Below are positions 43,818 to 57,579 of a stretch of 64,000 nt of DNA, piece by piece. A program made the position numbers and the translations under genes. The stretch spans positions 2,852,001 to 2,916,000 of the forward strand of contig CM035357.1 of the NCBI GenBank assembly GCA_020137815.1, read 5' to 3'. Origin of the DNA: Hormiphora californensis. Lineage: Eukaryota; Animalia; Ctenophora. Positions within the stretch are counted from its first letter, which is position 1. Each line of letters opens with the position of its first letter. Below the pieces are notes generated by a model. The model ran no database searches and was not told the DNA's origin. It saw only the letters and a list, made by a program, of their open reading frames with translations.

Positions 43818-45120
43818 GGGTACACCTGGCGTTTTTCATCATCGAGTGCCCAACCAAATGACTTCACCAGGGTTTAGGCCATACAAAATGGACCTCAAAT
43901 ATGCAATTTTAGCCCTAAATTCGAATTCATATTTTTGCTACAGCCTATTTTCAAAGTGGCGTTTTTTCAACTTTTGTTGGAATTTTTAACCTCAGGACCA
44001 CTTTTTTTGAGATAGAAACATTAAATTCTTGGAATTTGAAGAGAATATAAAGGTGAATAAGCCCAAAGAAGGATTTTTGAAATGGAGCTTATTTCTGGCC
44101 ATGAGAACGGTTTACTTTTTTGCTTCTTTGACACGCTGGCTGAGAATGTTCCCATGCTTCATTAGAGATGAAAATCTGGAAATAGTTGCTCAAAACGATT
44201 ATCTATGTGGCCCAAAAATTTTGGAACTTTCCCGCCAAAGATGTGGTGTACAGAGCTTGTTTTGTGAAACCCGTCTTTTTGAAAAAGATGGAAATTCCCT
44301 GTATCTCAAAAACGGATGATCGTAGAGACCTGCGACCAAGCTTAATCGATTCAGAAGGTCCGATTTTGGGGGGGTCTTATGATAGACATTTTGCTCCTAC
44401 TCCAACCGTTTTTGCTGTAATTGCGAAAAAGGTATCAGCAAGTAAGGGGGAAATCAGCCCGAAGCAGGCTACTGGAATAGAGTTGTTCCCCCTTTTCATA
44501 GAATTGGTTTTTCGCAATTACAGCAAAAACGGTTGGAGTAGGAGCAAAATGTCTCTCATAAGACCCCCCCAAAATCGGACCTTCTGAATCGATTAAGCTT
44601 GGTCGCAGGTCTCTACGATCATCCGTTTTTGAGATACAGGGAATTTCCATCATTTTCAAAAAGACGGGTTTCACAAAACAAGCTCTGTACACCACATCTT
44701 TGGCGGGAAAGTTCCAAAATTTTTGGGCCACATAGATAATCGTTTTGAGCAACTATTTCCAGATTTTCATCTCTAATGAAGCATGGGAACATTCTCAGCC
44801 AGCGTGTCAAAGAAGCAAAAAAGTAAACCGTTCTCATGGCCAGAAATAAGCTCCATTTCAAAAATCCTTCTTTGGGCTTATTCACCTTTATATTCTCTTC
44901 AAATTCCAAGAATTTAATGTTTCTATCTCAAAAAAAGTGGTCCTGAGGTTAAAAATTCCAACAAAAGTTGAAAAAACGCCACTTTGAAAATAGGCTGTAG
45001 CAAAAATATGAATTCGAATTTAGGGCTAAAATTGCATATTTGAGGTCCATTTTGTATGGCCTAAACCCTGGTGAAGTCATTTGGTTGGGCACTCGATGAT
45101 GAAAAACGCCAGGTGTACCC
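43818..45120. mobile_element. Kolobok-type foldback element (~612-bp arms, ~77-bp spacer)
   Basis: TTAA TSD (43814-17, 45121-24); purine-start GGG...CCC ends; mirror ORFs on both strands. Confidence 0.85.
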
Positions 45121-45711
45121 TTAATAACTCATATATAGAGTTTTGTCAAATATGCTCACCTCAAGGAGCCGAAGATATTATATGGAGTCCTAGTCAGTGA
45201 CTCCTTGTTTTGTTCAAACAAACAAGGCAAGTGACTCCAAACTCGGCCAAGTCACCGACTCAGTGTGCCAATGAGTGTGACAGCTCTCTTCATAGACGTA
45301 GCGCGCAAAGACAAAACTCTATATTGGGGCGCGCAGAGCACATGAGGTTGGCGGGGTTTTCTCAATTTGGTGGAGGGCGCGATTGCCACGGAACTTCGAT
45401 GCGTAGAGGGATGCGCGTGACACCAAAATCACAAAAAGCTGAAGTTTAAAAAAGGCAAAAATTGGTCCATTTCCAAGATGGCCGTTCTGAGTTTTTTTTA
45501 AGGGAAGACACACTCGTTTTATATCTAGACTTTGAATTTCGGTTGGGGTTCTGAGTTCTCCGATTTTCGTTGAGAATTTCGCCATTGCGTCCATTTTTTT
45601 CGATCACTCATCTCAGGGCGATAACTTTTTTCCCAACATCAACTACAACGTAAAACTATTTATTGAGTTTCAGCAAATGTCTATGTAAGAGCCCAAGAGG
45701 GCAGCAAGAAA

Positions 45712-46686
45712 ATGGCAAGCAGCTCTGATAACGAAGAAGAAACGCGGATCTACGTGCGGGAAACAGACGTAGAAGAGGAAGATCTCCGATACTGTCAAGA
45801 ACAAACCGTGGAGTGGGTAAGCGAGATATTAACGCTAACTGGAGGGTTTGGTGAAACAGATCCGAGTCAAGTGAAGTATGGACCACACATAGTGGAAGTC
45901 TGGGATGATCTGAAAGTTCCCTCCAGGAACAAACTCAGTGCATTGAACAAGTCAGTGCTTGTAGGCCTTGTGGAGAGTGCATGCCGTATCCTCATTGAAC
46001 AGAGCTTCCCAGTTGGTGAACAGCTGTCACACACGGGATATGAAACCACGATGATGAAGCAATATGAGAAGGAGCTCAAAGGTCATAGTAAAGAGCTTAT
46101 CAAAACCCAAAGGAACCTTGTAGCAGCACAAGAGAAACTACTGAACATTCAGAGGCAGTTACTAGAGAAGAGGGAGGTTGAGATAACAGCTGTGCAGTCA
46201 ACAGCACAGCAAGAAATTAAGACTTTTGCTTCTGTCCTGGAGAAGGAATGTGCTAGTGCTCTGGCGCCAAAGAAAATCCAGTCAGCGATTGTGGCTGCCT
46301 CTGAGGACCGTGGGTGTAATATTATCATCCATGGCTTGGAAGAGAGTGCTGATATTGAAACTCAAATAAAGTCTCTTTTTACTGAGCTTGAAGAGGCTCC
46401 GAAAATGAAATCGGTCGAGCGCTTGGGAAAGCAGTCCTCATCTGCAAGACCTGTAAAAGTCGTGCTGAGGAGCAGAGACGCTCAAATGTCGATCCTGTCG
46501 AAGAAATCTCTGCTGAAAGGGAACGACAAGTTCGGCAAAGTTTTTATTTCTCCTGATAGAACGTTACAAGAGCGGAGAGAACGGAAGCAGCTAGTGATTG
46601 AACTGAAGGAGAAGGCAAAGCAGTCCCCTGGAACTCACTACATAATCCGTGGAAACAGGGTGTTAGAAGCACCAAGGGACTCTTGA
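45712..46686 (+). CDS. LINE ORF1p-like protein (coiled coil plus RRM-like) in an ORF1-only element ending ~46852
   Basis: NIIIHGLEE...RLGK...RPVKV...VFISPDRTLQER pattern typical of CR1/L2 ORF1; followed by an L2-like 3' end with a (GAT)n tail. Confidence 0.75.
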   Translation: MASSSDNEEETRIYVRETDVEEEDLRYCQEQTVEWVSEILTLTGGFGETDPSQVKYGPHIVEVWDDLKVPSRNKLSALNKSVLVGLVESACRILIEQSFPVGEQLSHTGYETTMMKQYEKELKGHSKELIKTQRNLVAAQEKLLNIQRQLLEKREVEITAVQSTAQQEIKTFASVLEKECASALAPKKIQSAIVAASEDRGCNIIIHGLEESADIETQIKSLFTELEEAPKMKSVERLGKQSSSARPVKVVLRSRDAQMSILSKKSLLKGNDKFGKVFISPDRTLQERRERKQLVIELKEKAKQSPGTHYIIRGNRVLEAPRDS

Positions 46687-46927
46687 ACATTTATATTAAC
46701 TAGCTCTGGACTCTAATTTATTGATCATAGGAGAGTAAAACCGCTTTTGAAAGCAGGAAGGTAGCCGTAAAGTTTTGTCTTTTTTAAGTGTTATCTTACC
46801 AATATGCTATAAAGCGGGATATTAAATGTTTATTGATGATGATGATGATGATGGGGGCTATGATGGTGTGGATAAATCGGAAGCTCCTGATACAGTCGCC
46901 ATAACAGAAGATGAGGATACAGTTGTA

Positions 46928-47149
46928 AAGTCGGATTTTTTGAAACTGTCACCCCCCTGAAATAACAAAATTTGCCATATCTCCGGTTCCTGATAAGATA
47001 GAGACTTGGAATTTGGAGGTTCGGAAGAACTTAGCAAGATCTTCGTAACCTCCAAATTTCAAGTCTCTATCTCGTCAGGAACCGGATTTATGGTCATTTA
47101 CGAAATTTGAAAATGCCCAGGGGGGTGACAGTTTCAAAAAATCCGACTT
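46928..47149. mobile_element. 222-bp MITE in L2 ORF2
   Basis: TIRs aagtcggattttttgaaactgtcaccccc; TA TSD; removal restores DEDTVVTEVAKNLG. Confidence 0.85.
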
Positions 47150-47874
47150 TAACTGAAGTAGCCAAGAACCTGGGAGTAATATTTGATAAAGAGCTAAACA
47201 TGACCAAGCATGTAACACGGATAGTCCAGATGGGCAACCTACAGTTAATAAACATGTGGAGGATAGCTAGTAAGCTTAACAAGAATCAGAAGACTCTTCT
47301 TGTCAATACCCTGATACACTCAAGGATCGATTACTGTAATGCCCTACTCCTTGGTTCGAAGGAATCTGATATAAAACGTCTCCAAGTACTCCAAAACAGG
47401 GCCACACGATTTATATACGGTCAGCGCAGCAGAAGAGGTGTAACCGAATTGAGAAAGAAATCCCACTTCCTTCCAATCAACCAACGCATCGAGTACAAAA
47501 TGTGCCTAATGGTATACAATGCACTAAATGGTAAATCTCCATGCTACATCACTGAGATGATCCAGAAGAGGCAGGCAAAGTCCAAGAAACTCAGAGTAGA
47601 TGAAGACGACACAAGGTTAGAGGAGTACCACTGCAAGTACAAGGTTACTGAGAAAGCATTTAGCATTGCTGCACCAAAACTCTGGAACAGACTTCCAAAA
47701 TTAATCAGGAAATCGGAGTCTGTATCAACATTCAAGAAATCACTGAAGACTCATCTGTTCAACATTGCCTATGGCTGACTTCTGATCCTATGATACCATA
47801 CACGTCATATACATGGTATGATCGTAACCTGAAGGACCTTTTCGATTTCCTCTGACCTCAGAATCCTTTCCTAA

Positions 47875-48535
47875 ATCCTATCCTCCACCACCCATCATAT
47901 CCTCCACCATCCATCCTATCCTCCACCTTTCGTTCTATCCTCCACCATCTGTCCTTTTCTCCACCATCCGTCCTATCCTCCACCATCTGTCCTATCCTCC
48001 ACCATCCGTCCTATCCTCCACCATCCGTCCTATCCTCCACCATTCGTCCTATCCTCCACCATATGCTCTATCCTCCACCATCCGTCCTATCCTCCACATT
48101 TCATCCTATCCTCCAACATTTGTCCTATCCTCCACCATCTGTAACATCCTCCACTATCTGCCCTATCCTCCACCATCCATCCTATCCTCCACTATCCGTC
48201 ATATCCTCCACTTTCGCCCTCTCCTCCACCATCTGTCCTACCCTCCACCGACCACCATTCGTCCTATCCAGTATCCTCCACCATCCGTCCTATCCTCCAC
48301 CATCCGTCCTATCCTTCACCATCCGTCCTATCCTCCTCCTCCATCATCCGTCCTATCATCCACCATCCGTCCCGTTTTCCACCACCCGTCCTATCCTCCA
48401 CCATATGTCCCATCCTCCACCATCCGTCCAATCCCCCACCATCTTTCCTATCCTCCACCATCCATCCTTCACCATCCATCCTATCCATCATCCTGTTCCT
48501 ATCCTCCATCATCCGTCCTATTTCACCACCATCCT
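47875..48535. repeat. Degenerate ~21-bp minisatellite (ctatcctccaccatccgtc)
   Basis: Directly visible. Confidence 0.9.
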
Positions 48536-49836
48536 GAGTTAGGAGAGATGTCCTTCACATATTTGTTCAGAGCTAGAGTTTTTTGAGTGATTATTCTTGT
48601 TCGTTTGTGTGTGGTGGGTGTATGGGTTAGTAGGATCTTGGCAACCTGAGATATGGGGTAGAGTCTGAGGGTAGTGGAGAATTGGCCGAGTATGGGCCAG
48701 GAGAAAACAGTTACAAGAAATGTGTACCGTTACGAAAACGGCTGAAAGTGCAGTTATTCCTGCAGACTGTAAATGAACACTTCGAAAGTGATGATAAGTA
48801 CGTGTTTATCAATGACAATCTTACTATTTATTTAACGATGTGTGCTAAACATGATTTACTGTTTCCAAGTAGTCTAGGTATGCTGTGTCCGTTTGTGTGT
48901 GCACCTTTGTGTTCTCTTGTGTGATGACCATTTTTTAATTAACTTATTTGTGTTTTGTGTATGTCTTTATTTTTTGGATGTTGGGGTATAAGTGTAAGTG
49001 TGAGTGTGAGTATGAGTTTGAGTGTGAGTTGTGTGTGTGTGTGTGAGTGTGTGTATGAGTGGTTGTGTGTGTGTGTGTGTTTGTGTGGTGGTGTTTTGTA
49101 ACTACCGTATTTTTAACTAACTTATTCGCCTTTTTCTATTCGATTTTAATAATTTATTAAATCTGGTTAAATCTATCTGTCCGTTTGGCTCTCAGCTCAT
49201 TGTTATCAGTCTCATTGGTTCGTCTGTGTGTGTTTGTCCCGCTTTAGGTAACTGCTGTTGTGCTATTAGCCTCGGCCTGGAAGCGTATATTAATGTACTT
49301 AATTTTTAACTATATTTTATACGTATAGTGTAAGAGCGGGAGAGTCATATATTTTCTTATATTGACTCGATATAAATTGTGAAGTTCATATTCATATTCA
49401 TATTCACTGTGCTGTGTGCACGAAGACAAGTCCGAGGACCTCGAATCGAGGTGGTGCACTATGAACTGAACAGGAACCCTCTTTTACGTGAACTAACTTT
49501 TCACAACGAACTACGTTTGTACGTGACACAGGCGGGAAACTACATAAAGCCAATTAATAAAGACAGATCTTGGCATCCTGCTCTCGGAAGTGAGTCGGAT
49601 GACTGCTCTAAGAGCATGAAGTGTGCCATACCTACGAATCACGTTGTCACACTGACGGATCACGTCGTCACACTGACAGATCACGTCGTCACACTGACGA
49701 TAGAGTGTCACATTAGATAGACAACAGGGTAGAGATCGAGAGTAAGTGCTATTATGATCATGCGACATGCTACGCATTCATTGTGATTTATCATATTATT
49801 CGACCGACGTCCACGAAATGCAGAGATTCGTGACGA

Positions 49837-50068
49837 GGTTCCTGGACTCCTGATCGACTGGACGCATGCCCGAATGAAATTCAATTCCCCTTATCTCTTA
49901 ACCCCTAACCCCTAACCACACCCCTAACCCTAACCATAACCCCACCATGGAGGCACCCCGAATGTGTTGAGACGCGCATATTGCGACGCGCAACCCCACC
50001 ATTAGCCTAAAACGTAGCCCTAAAACTTGGTCGGTCATGCGTCCAGTCGGTCAGGAGTCCGGACACCG
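49837..50068. mobile_element. Small TIR element with a TAACCC-like tract
   Basis: ggactcctgatcgactggacgcatg / catgcgtccagtcggtcaggagtcc; 8-bp TSD with one mismatch (cgtgacga/tgtgacga); ends CACCG like 1390-6205. Confidence 0.6.
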
Positions 50069-50283
50069 TGTGACGAATATGTTCACTATGTTTAGTGACG
50101 ATTGTGATTGAAATGAATTGCCTTCAAGGAATTGTATCACGCCCCTCCTGTTAGATGATTTCACAATGATTTTTGAGTGATAGTAATTTAGAGTAGGCAC
50201 AGGGCACGTGTATACCTACTGAAGGGATCGTTTCATTAGCAATTGCTATCTTTATAACGAAATAAATAGTACCATTGGTTACG

Positions 50284-52888
50284 TAGTCCTAGGCATTTGC
50301 GTAAGAAAGTGCCCGTTTCAGGAATTTTTAGGTAACCATGCGAGACCTTCACTAAAAGTAGGCTATAGGTCCCTAGAATCACCAAAAAAAAGTTTACCAC
50401 TTAAACTTCCCGAGAACATCTCTTAATTTGGCGTTAATTGGGTCTAATTGGCTAATAATGAATTCAAAATTCAAAATCGTCGTAGAAGGTCGTAATTGGT
50501 CGCAATCGTTCAGAAATATTATTCTAATTATCTTTAAATCATGATAGTGACCCAATTATGTAAAATTGGTGCCTAATTTGGCGTTAATTGGGTCTAAATT
50601 GGGCAAAAATTCAAAATCGTTGTAGACGGTCGTGGTTGGTCGCAATCGTTCAGAAATATTATTCTTATCACCACATATAGTGACTCAGCTCTGCCAAATT
50701 GGTGTGTAATTGGTCCTAATTGGGCCTAATTGGCTAAAAGTTAAGCTTTTTTATGTTAGAGCAAGAACGTCAATTTTCGCCCTGACTGGGGAAACAATTT
50801 GAAACATCGAAATTCCTTCACCAACGTGTCCCTAAGGGTCTTCTGGAACACCTCTGAGCTTTGTTACTTGCGGGTTGAGGGGCAACATGGTCATTTCCGG
50901 GTGTGTGTGCCACCTGTAACTTCAGGCAGAGCCCAATATTGTAAATAATTTTAGAATTGGAGTAGAGATAAAAATCAGGATACCAAAATGTGTAGCGCCC
51001 TCGCATTAGTGGGGGTAGACACCTCTCATTTGGTTAATTAGATAATTGGATAATTAGATGTATGCATAGATACGTGTTTCAGCTATTATATGGCTTAAAC
51101 AGTTCATACTATGACCGACCATTTTATCATTTATGTGGCTTAGATCAGACCTGTGAATGATCCTGAGGCCCTGGTTGATACCCCTCAAAAACTTTTTGTG
51201 CACGTTACATGTTACAAAGTGTTACAAAGTGTTACGTGTCACCCCCCCCCCCTAGATACCTTTCAGAGATACCCCTAGAACCCCCTGAATACCCCTATAA
51301 CCCTACTAGAAACACCTCAGACACCACCAGATACCCCTCAGAGCCTACAAGATGCCTCTGAGATTCTACTAAGTACCCCTCAGTTCTAGACACCCCTTCG
51401 ACCCTGCTATAATAATATTGCCCCCGAGGGCTGAGACAGACTCTTAGACCCATAGAAGTGCAAACGGTGTAGAGGCACTGGGGTAATAGGGGTACCTCTC
51501 ATATTCCACACTCCTAGCTTCCTATCACCCTCATAGACACCCCTCAGAGCATCCTAGGCCTAGATACCCTGGAAACAATCTACCTAGTAGGGTTTGAGGG
51601 GTCTATGGGTATCTAATGGGGTATGAGGGGTATTTAGAATGGTCTGAGAGATATCTACAAGGGTCTGAGACTTGAGACGTATCTAGTAGGGTTTCATGGG
51701 TGTCTAGTATAGTCTGATGGGTATCAAGTACGGTAAGATGGGCGTCTAGAATGGTCTGAAGGGTATCCAGTGGCTGTGGAGTCTAAGGGGTATCTAGCAA
51801 GATCTGAGTGATATCTAGCAGGGTATAAGGGGTGTCTAGAACAATCATATGGGTATCTAGGAAGCTCTGAGGGGTATCTGGTGGGGTCTGAGGTGTTTCT
51901 AGTAGGGGTATTATAGGGTATTCAGGGGGTTCTAGGGGTATCTCTGAAAGGTATCTAGCAGGGCATGAGGGATTAAGGGGTATCAAGCAGGGCCTCAGGA
52001 TCATTTGCATTCACAGGTCTGATCTAAGCCACATAACATGGTCGGTCATAGTATGAACTGTTTAAGCCATATAATAGCTGAAACACGGATCTATGCATAC
52101 ATCTAATTATCCAATTATCTAATTAACCAAATGAGATAGGAACTTTTCATGGGTGTCAACCCCCACTACTGCAAGGACGCTACACACTTTGGTATCCTGA
52201 TTTTTATCTCTACTCCAATTCTAAAATTATTTACAATATTGGGCTCTGCCTGAAGTTACAGGTGGCACACACACCCGGAAATGACCATGTTGCCCCTCAA
52301 CCCGCAAGTAACAAAGCTCAGAGGTGTTCCAGAAGACCCTTAGGGACACGTTGGTGAAGGAATTTCGATGTTTCAAACTGTTTCCCCAGTCAGGGCGAAA
52401 ATTGACGTTCTTCCTCTAACATAAAAAAGCTTAACTTTTAGCCAATTAGGCCCAATTAGGACCAATTACACACCAATTTGGCAGAGCTAAGTCACTAATA
52501 TGTTTTAAAGGTGATAAGAATAATATTTCTGAACGATTGCGACCAACCACGACCATTTTGAATTTTTGCCCAATTTAGACCCAATTTGACCCAATTAACG
52601 CCAAATTAGGCACCAATTTTACATAATTGGGTCACTGTCATGATTTAAAGATAATTAGAATAATATTTCTGAACGATTGCGACCAATTACGACCTTCTAC
52701 GACGATTTTGAATTTTGAATTCATTATTAGCCAATTAGACCCAATTAACGCCAAATTAAGAGATGTTCTCGGGAAGTTTAAGTGGTAAACTTTTTTTTGG
52801 TGATTCTAGGGACCTATAGCCTACTTTTAGTGAAGGTCTCGCATGGTTACCTAAAAATTCCTGCATTTGACCCAAATGCCTAGGACTA
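50284..52888. mobile_element. Large foldback element (~1-kb inverted arms)
   Basis: tagtcctaggcattt ... aaatgcctaggacta; ~50284-51345 mirrored by ~51860-52888; centre of degenerate gatacccc repeats. Confidence 0.85.
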
Positions 52889-53970
52889 TTTTGCTGTAAT
52901 TGCGAAAAAGGTATCTGCAAGTAAGGGGGAAATCAGCCCGAAGCAGGCTACTGGAATAGAGTTGTTCCCCCTTTTCATAGAATTGGTTTTTTGCAATTAC
53001 AGTCGGACCCCGATTTAAGGGCCCCCGATTTAGTGGCACCCCGATTTAGGGACAGGATTTTTTTCCTCCGATATAGGAAATTAACCTTATTTGACCCCGA
53101 TTTAGTGGACACTCCGATTTAGTGGACAAGAGCTTTTCCCCCGAGGGTATCCCTAAATCGGGGTCCGACTGTACAGCAAAAACGGTTGGAGTAGGAGCAA
53201 AATGTCTCTCAGAAGACCCCCCCCCCCCAAAATCGGACCTTCTGAATCGATTAAGATTGGTCCCAGGTCTTTACGATCATCCGTTTTTGAGATACAGGGA
53301 AATTCCCTCTTTACCAAAAAGACGGGTTTCACAAAACAAGCTCTGTACACCGCATCTTTGGCGGGAAAGTTCCAAAATTTTTGGACCACATAGATAATCG
53401 TTTTGAGCAACTATTTCCAGATTTTCATCTCTAACAGTGCTGCTTGTAGTCAAATTACCGTAATGAAAATACAGTAAGGAGACGTGCACGGTGCATAACG
53501 CGCGGCAAAAAGTTCATGTGTCAGCACGTACTAGCGCCCTGATTGGTCACGGTTGCGCGTCGTCTTACTGTATCTTCGTTTTCCATTACCGTTTTCCCAC
53601 TACAAGCGACCGTGTAATGAAGCATGGGAACATTCTCAGCCAGCGTGTCAAATAAGCAAAAAAGTAAATCGTTCTCATGGCCAGAAATAAGCTCCATTTC
53701 AAAAATCCTTCTTTGGGCTTATTCACCTTTATATTCTCTTCAAATTCCAAGAATTTAATGTTTCTATCTCAAAAAAAGTGGTCAAAAAAAAGAGGTTAAA
53801 AATTCCAACAAAAATTGAAAAAACGCCACTTTGAAAATAGGCTGTAGCAAAAATATGAATTCGAATTTAGGGCTAAAATTGCATATTTGAGGTCCATTTT
53901 GTATGGCCTAAACCCTGGTGAAGTCATTTGGTTGGGCACTCGATGATGAAAAACGCCAGGTGTACCCTTA
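52889..53970. mobile_element. Right half of the Kolobok-type element with two nested MITEs (~53020-53171, ~53435-53614)
   Basis: Matches 44410-45120; nested cagtcggaccccgattt MITE (also at ~54351-54522) and cttgtagt MITE (also at ~56406-56587). Confidence 0.8.
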
Positions 53971-54358
53971 ACCCACCCCTTTTAACTCTTGGTTCAATTA
54001 TCTAGCTTAACTTATGACCTGAATAGTAACTCGACCAGTTTATATTTGACCCTTTTTACCACAACAGCTAATACAATCGGACCAACAAAAATTGAAAAAA
54101 CGCCACTTTGAAAATAGGCTGTAGCAAAAATATGAATTCGAATTTAGGGCTAAAATTGCATATTTGAGGTCCATTTTGTATGGCCTAAACCCTGGTGAAG
54201 TCATTTGGTTGGGCACTCGATGATGAAAAACGCCAGGTGTACCCTTAACCCACCCCTTTTAACTCTTGGTTCAATTATCTAGCTTAACTTATGACCTGAA
54301 TAGTAACTCGACCAGTTTATATTTGACCCTTTTTACCACAACAGCTAATACAATCGGA
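53805..54358 (+). repeat. 277-bp tandem duplication
   Basis: 53805-54081 is repeated at 54082-54358. Confidence 0.85.
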
Positions 54359-55378
54359 CCCCGATTTAGGGACCCCCGATTTAGTGGCACCCCGATTTAG
54401 GGACAGGATTTTTCCCCCCGATATACGAAAATTAACATTATTTGACCCCGATTAAGTGGACACCCCGATTTAGTGGACAAGAGCCTTTCCCCCGAGGGTG
54501 TCCCTAAATCGGGGTCCGACTGTATACCTAGCTTGAGAGTTGGTATCGAAGACACCTCACACTCTGTTTAGAGGTATCAGAAGGGCTTCCCCTATTTTTA
54601 TAGCGCGCCCAAAACGTTATACTGAGCACTGAAAAGTTGTAGTCTACACTACATAGTTCTAGCTAAGGGGTTTGAGCCGCGCACAGGGCCACACCGAGAC
54701 CAAATCTCGTTACTTTCCTGATTTCTTTGACACAAACAAGTATTGCAGAGCGGCCAATAGAGCTGGCGGTTTCAAACTTCGTCCGTATTCGGAGGGATAG
54801 ATTAGCAGTTCAGTGTTTCAAACCAGGTTTAATTTGGCAAAGTAGAAGCTGAGTTACAACATGTTTTGTACAAATGGTTCAACTTCAAGACCTTTTTAAT
54901 TTTGATGGCCAGACCTTTCAAGATAGAAACTTCAAACTTTGCCACGATCTTTGATATGATGTTAAGCATACCTGACCTACTTTTTCAAAAATTTTTTTCA
55001 TCATTAACACCTAAAACTGATTTCAAAACCAAGGTTCCGGGGATAATTTTTTAAATATGAGTACAGAATTATAATTTTCAGACAATTTGGTGGGGAATAC
55101 CAAAATTTGGTGCATTTTCATTGAGTGGTTGAGGAGCTATTAATTTTTGAAGTGAATCAAAGCGGGTTTGTTACCCCTACTCAGGCCGCTTCGCGGCCTT
55201 CGTTTGGCGTGCTTCGCACGCCGCGCCGGCAAGGGAGGGGTAACTTCGTTACCAAGCTTGAGAGAGCGATATATATATCGATAGGCAGGTGTGCTAATGG
55301 TGCACAAGGGTGACTACTTATCTACAACACGCTGATGACGGTCTTAATCACGTGTCAGGCGTGGTTATAGACCTCCTG

Positions 55379-55380
<2 letters not shown>

Positions 55381-55474
<94 letters not shown>

Positions 55475-55565
55475 CTACTCTGCTCGTTCTGCTCTCTCTC
55501 TCTCTCTTCTCTCTCTGCTCTCTCTCTCTCTCTCCTCTCTTCTCTTCTCATCTCTCCTCTCTCTC

Positions 55566-55596
<31 letters not shown>

Positions 55597-55990
55597 CTCT
55601 CTCTCTCTGCTCTCCCTCCCTCTCTCTTTCTTCCCCTCTCCTCTCTCTTTCTCTCTCTCTCTTCTCTCTCTCTCTCTCTCTCTCTCCTCTCTCTCTTCTC
55701 TCTCTCTCTCTCTCTCTTCCTTCTCTCTCTCTCTTCTCTCGTCTCTCTCTCTCTCTCTCTTCTTCGTCTCTTCTCCTCTTCTCTCTTCTTCTGTCTGTCT
55801 CTCTGCTTTCTTTCGCTACTTCTTCTCTCTCTCTCTCTTCTCTCTCGGCTCTCCTTTTCTCTCTTCTGGCCTTTCTGTTCCTTTCTTTCGCTCCCCCCCT
55901 TGCACATTTTCCTCGTTATTATCATTACTAACTTTTTTTGCTACTTCCACCCTAATAACTTCCCTCCTCAGCTTTTCTTCTCTCTCTCTC
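55381..55990. repeat. (GA)n followed by degenerate (CT)n
   Basis: Directly visible. Confidence 0.9.
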
Positions 55991-56070
55991 CAAACTAGAG
56001 CAGCTGCGTTATATCAACGCTGTTGTTTCAACAGTTCAAAAACACAACAACTTAGTTTGTTATTTCAGCT

Positions 56071-57056
56071 ATGCGTTCTATCGTGTTTCTACTCCTGTTC
56101 TCTGCAACTGTCCTATGGAAACATTCCGCAACAGAAGGTGAGTGGTAAATAAGTTAAACTAATAAATAATAAATCAAATAATTTAAAATTTAAGAAAAAT
56201 TTTAATAACTAGGGCAGGGTAAACCGGGGCAAAATGGTTAACTTTTTACTTAATCGGTTCTCACCCCCGTTTAAAAAAAGATAAGATGAAAAAAATTGTA
56301 TAGGATTAAAGTTCATTATTTTATTTGGATTTTTAGAAATCAGTGGGCTAGTCAGAACTCATGCCAACTCACTTAGCACACAGCATTTCAATTTATATTA
56401 TGTAACACGGTCGCTTGTAGTGGGAAAACGGTAATGGAAAACGAAGATACAGTAAGACGACGCGCAACCGTGACCAATCAGGGCGCTAGTACGTGCTGAC
56501 ACATGAACTTTTTGCCACGCGTTATGCACCGTGCGCGTCTCCTTACTGTATTTTGCGTTACCGTATTTTGACTGCAAGCAGCACTGTCATTCATGTAATA
56601 TATTTTTAGACGACTGGATAGTTATGAGTGAAGATCTTTACATCCCATGGGATCTAGTGGACAATCCTATCCAGATAAAGACAAGCTCTAACCTTGGTTC
56701 TGGAAAGACAATTGGAATTGATATGTATAATTCCGCGTTTATTGGTGGAATAGGAGTAAAGTTCAAAGGTAACCTCAAGTACTGGTTGGATGGGTGCAGT
56801 GCCGAACTGTATAAAGAATCTTACACTGCGTTCCCTGTGCAACCACCGAATGAAGTTGACAAGACCTGGACGTTCACTATAACAGAAACTGCCGTCATTA
56901 TTAACTGTAATGGCGTGGAGCTGCTGAACTACCAGTTTTCTAACAGCGAAGAAAGTACTTGTAAAAACTGGGTAACAAAGGAGTGCAAGTATATCCATTT
57001 TAGCACCAGCTACAACACAGCATCTGACTCCTACAGAGCAAAACCATTGGAGCCAG
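56071..57056 (+). CDS. Secreted protein with a ~145-aa beta-rich module (exons 56071-56137, 56610-57056; 3' end unresolved)
   Basis: Signal peptide MRSIVFLLLFSATVLWKHSA spliced in phase to DDWIV...IPWDL...PIQIKT...LGSG...CNGVELL...ASDSYR. From recall, this domain is repeated in ctenophore proteins. Confidence 0.7.
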
Positions 57057-57579
57057 GTAACCGGTTAGAAAACAACCGGGTCCTACTACTGACCTCTGAA
57101 CTTTTCTTAATTCATACATTTTTTTGAAGGACATGCAACCAACAAAAGGGAAATTTCCAAATTTTTGGGGAGCAATATGCAATATGTATTTGCTCTTACT
57201 TTTTCATATATTAGGTCGTCATAACCAATAAAATTGTTGTGCTGTCAAGCGCAAAGGCAGACTCAAAGTAAAACTAATAACTCAGATATTTTGTAAAGAA
57301 GAATAAGAAAACAACACGATTATTCTGAGACCAGAGTTTGCTGCACCCCCCCCCCCTACTAAACAGTGTTTTAGATTGAGAGACGAACACCAATCAAGAG
57401 GATTTACAAGATTGTACAAGAGAGGTATTACCTCATCTCATACTTCCATGATTCAAGCACGGGTGTGGTATGGTACTTCAGATGAAATGACGTGACAGTT
57501 ATTTCTTTTGTGTGGCTTTCTCTGCATCCCACGAGGTAGATGCCACTTTTCCAATTTCATCTCCTTTCCCATCCTGAAT

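Larger units (their letters stand above)
46855..49405 (+). mobile_element. 5'-truncated L2 LINE (ORF2 C-terminus to 47778, long 3' UTR, (ATATTC)n tail)
   Basis: KNLGVIFD, SRIDYCNALL, LQVLQNRA, FSIAAPKLWN, FKKSLKTHLF. The 3' boundary is tentative. Confidence 0.75.

Noticed and set aside
44029-44909. Mirror-image ORF pairs (also 18166-18436, 43331-43564, 53122-53489)
   Set aside because: Products of palindromic non-autonomous elements; no transposase motifs.
49379-49720. 113-aa ORF
   Set aside because: Starts in the L2 tail repeat and ends in a short tandem repeat; no recognisable homology.
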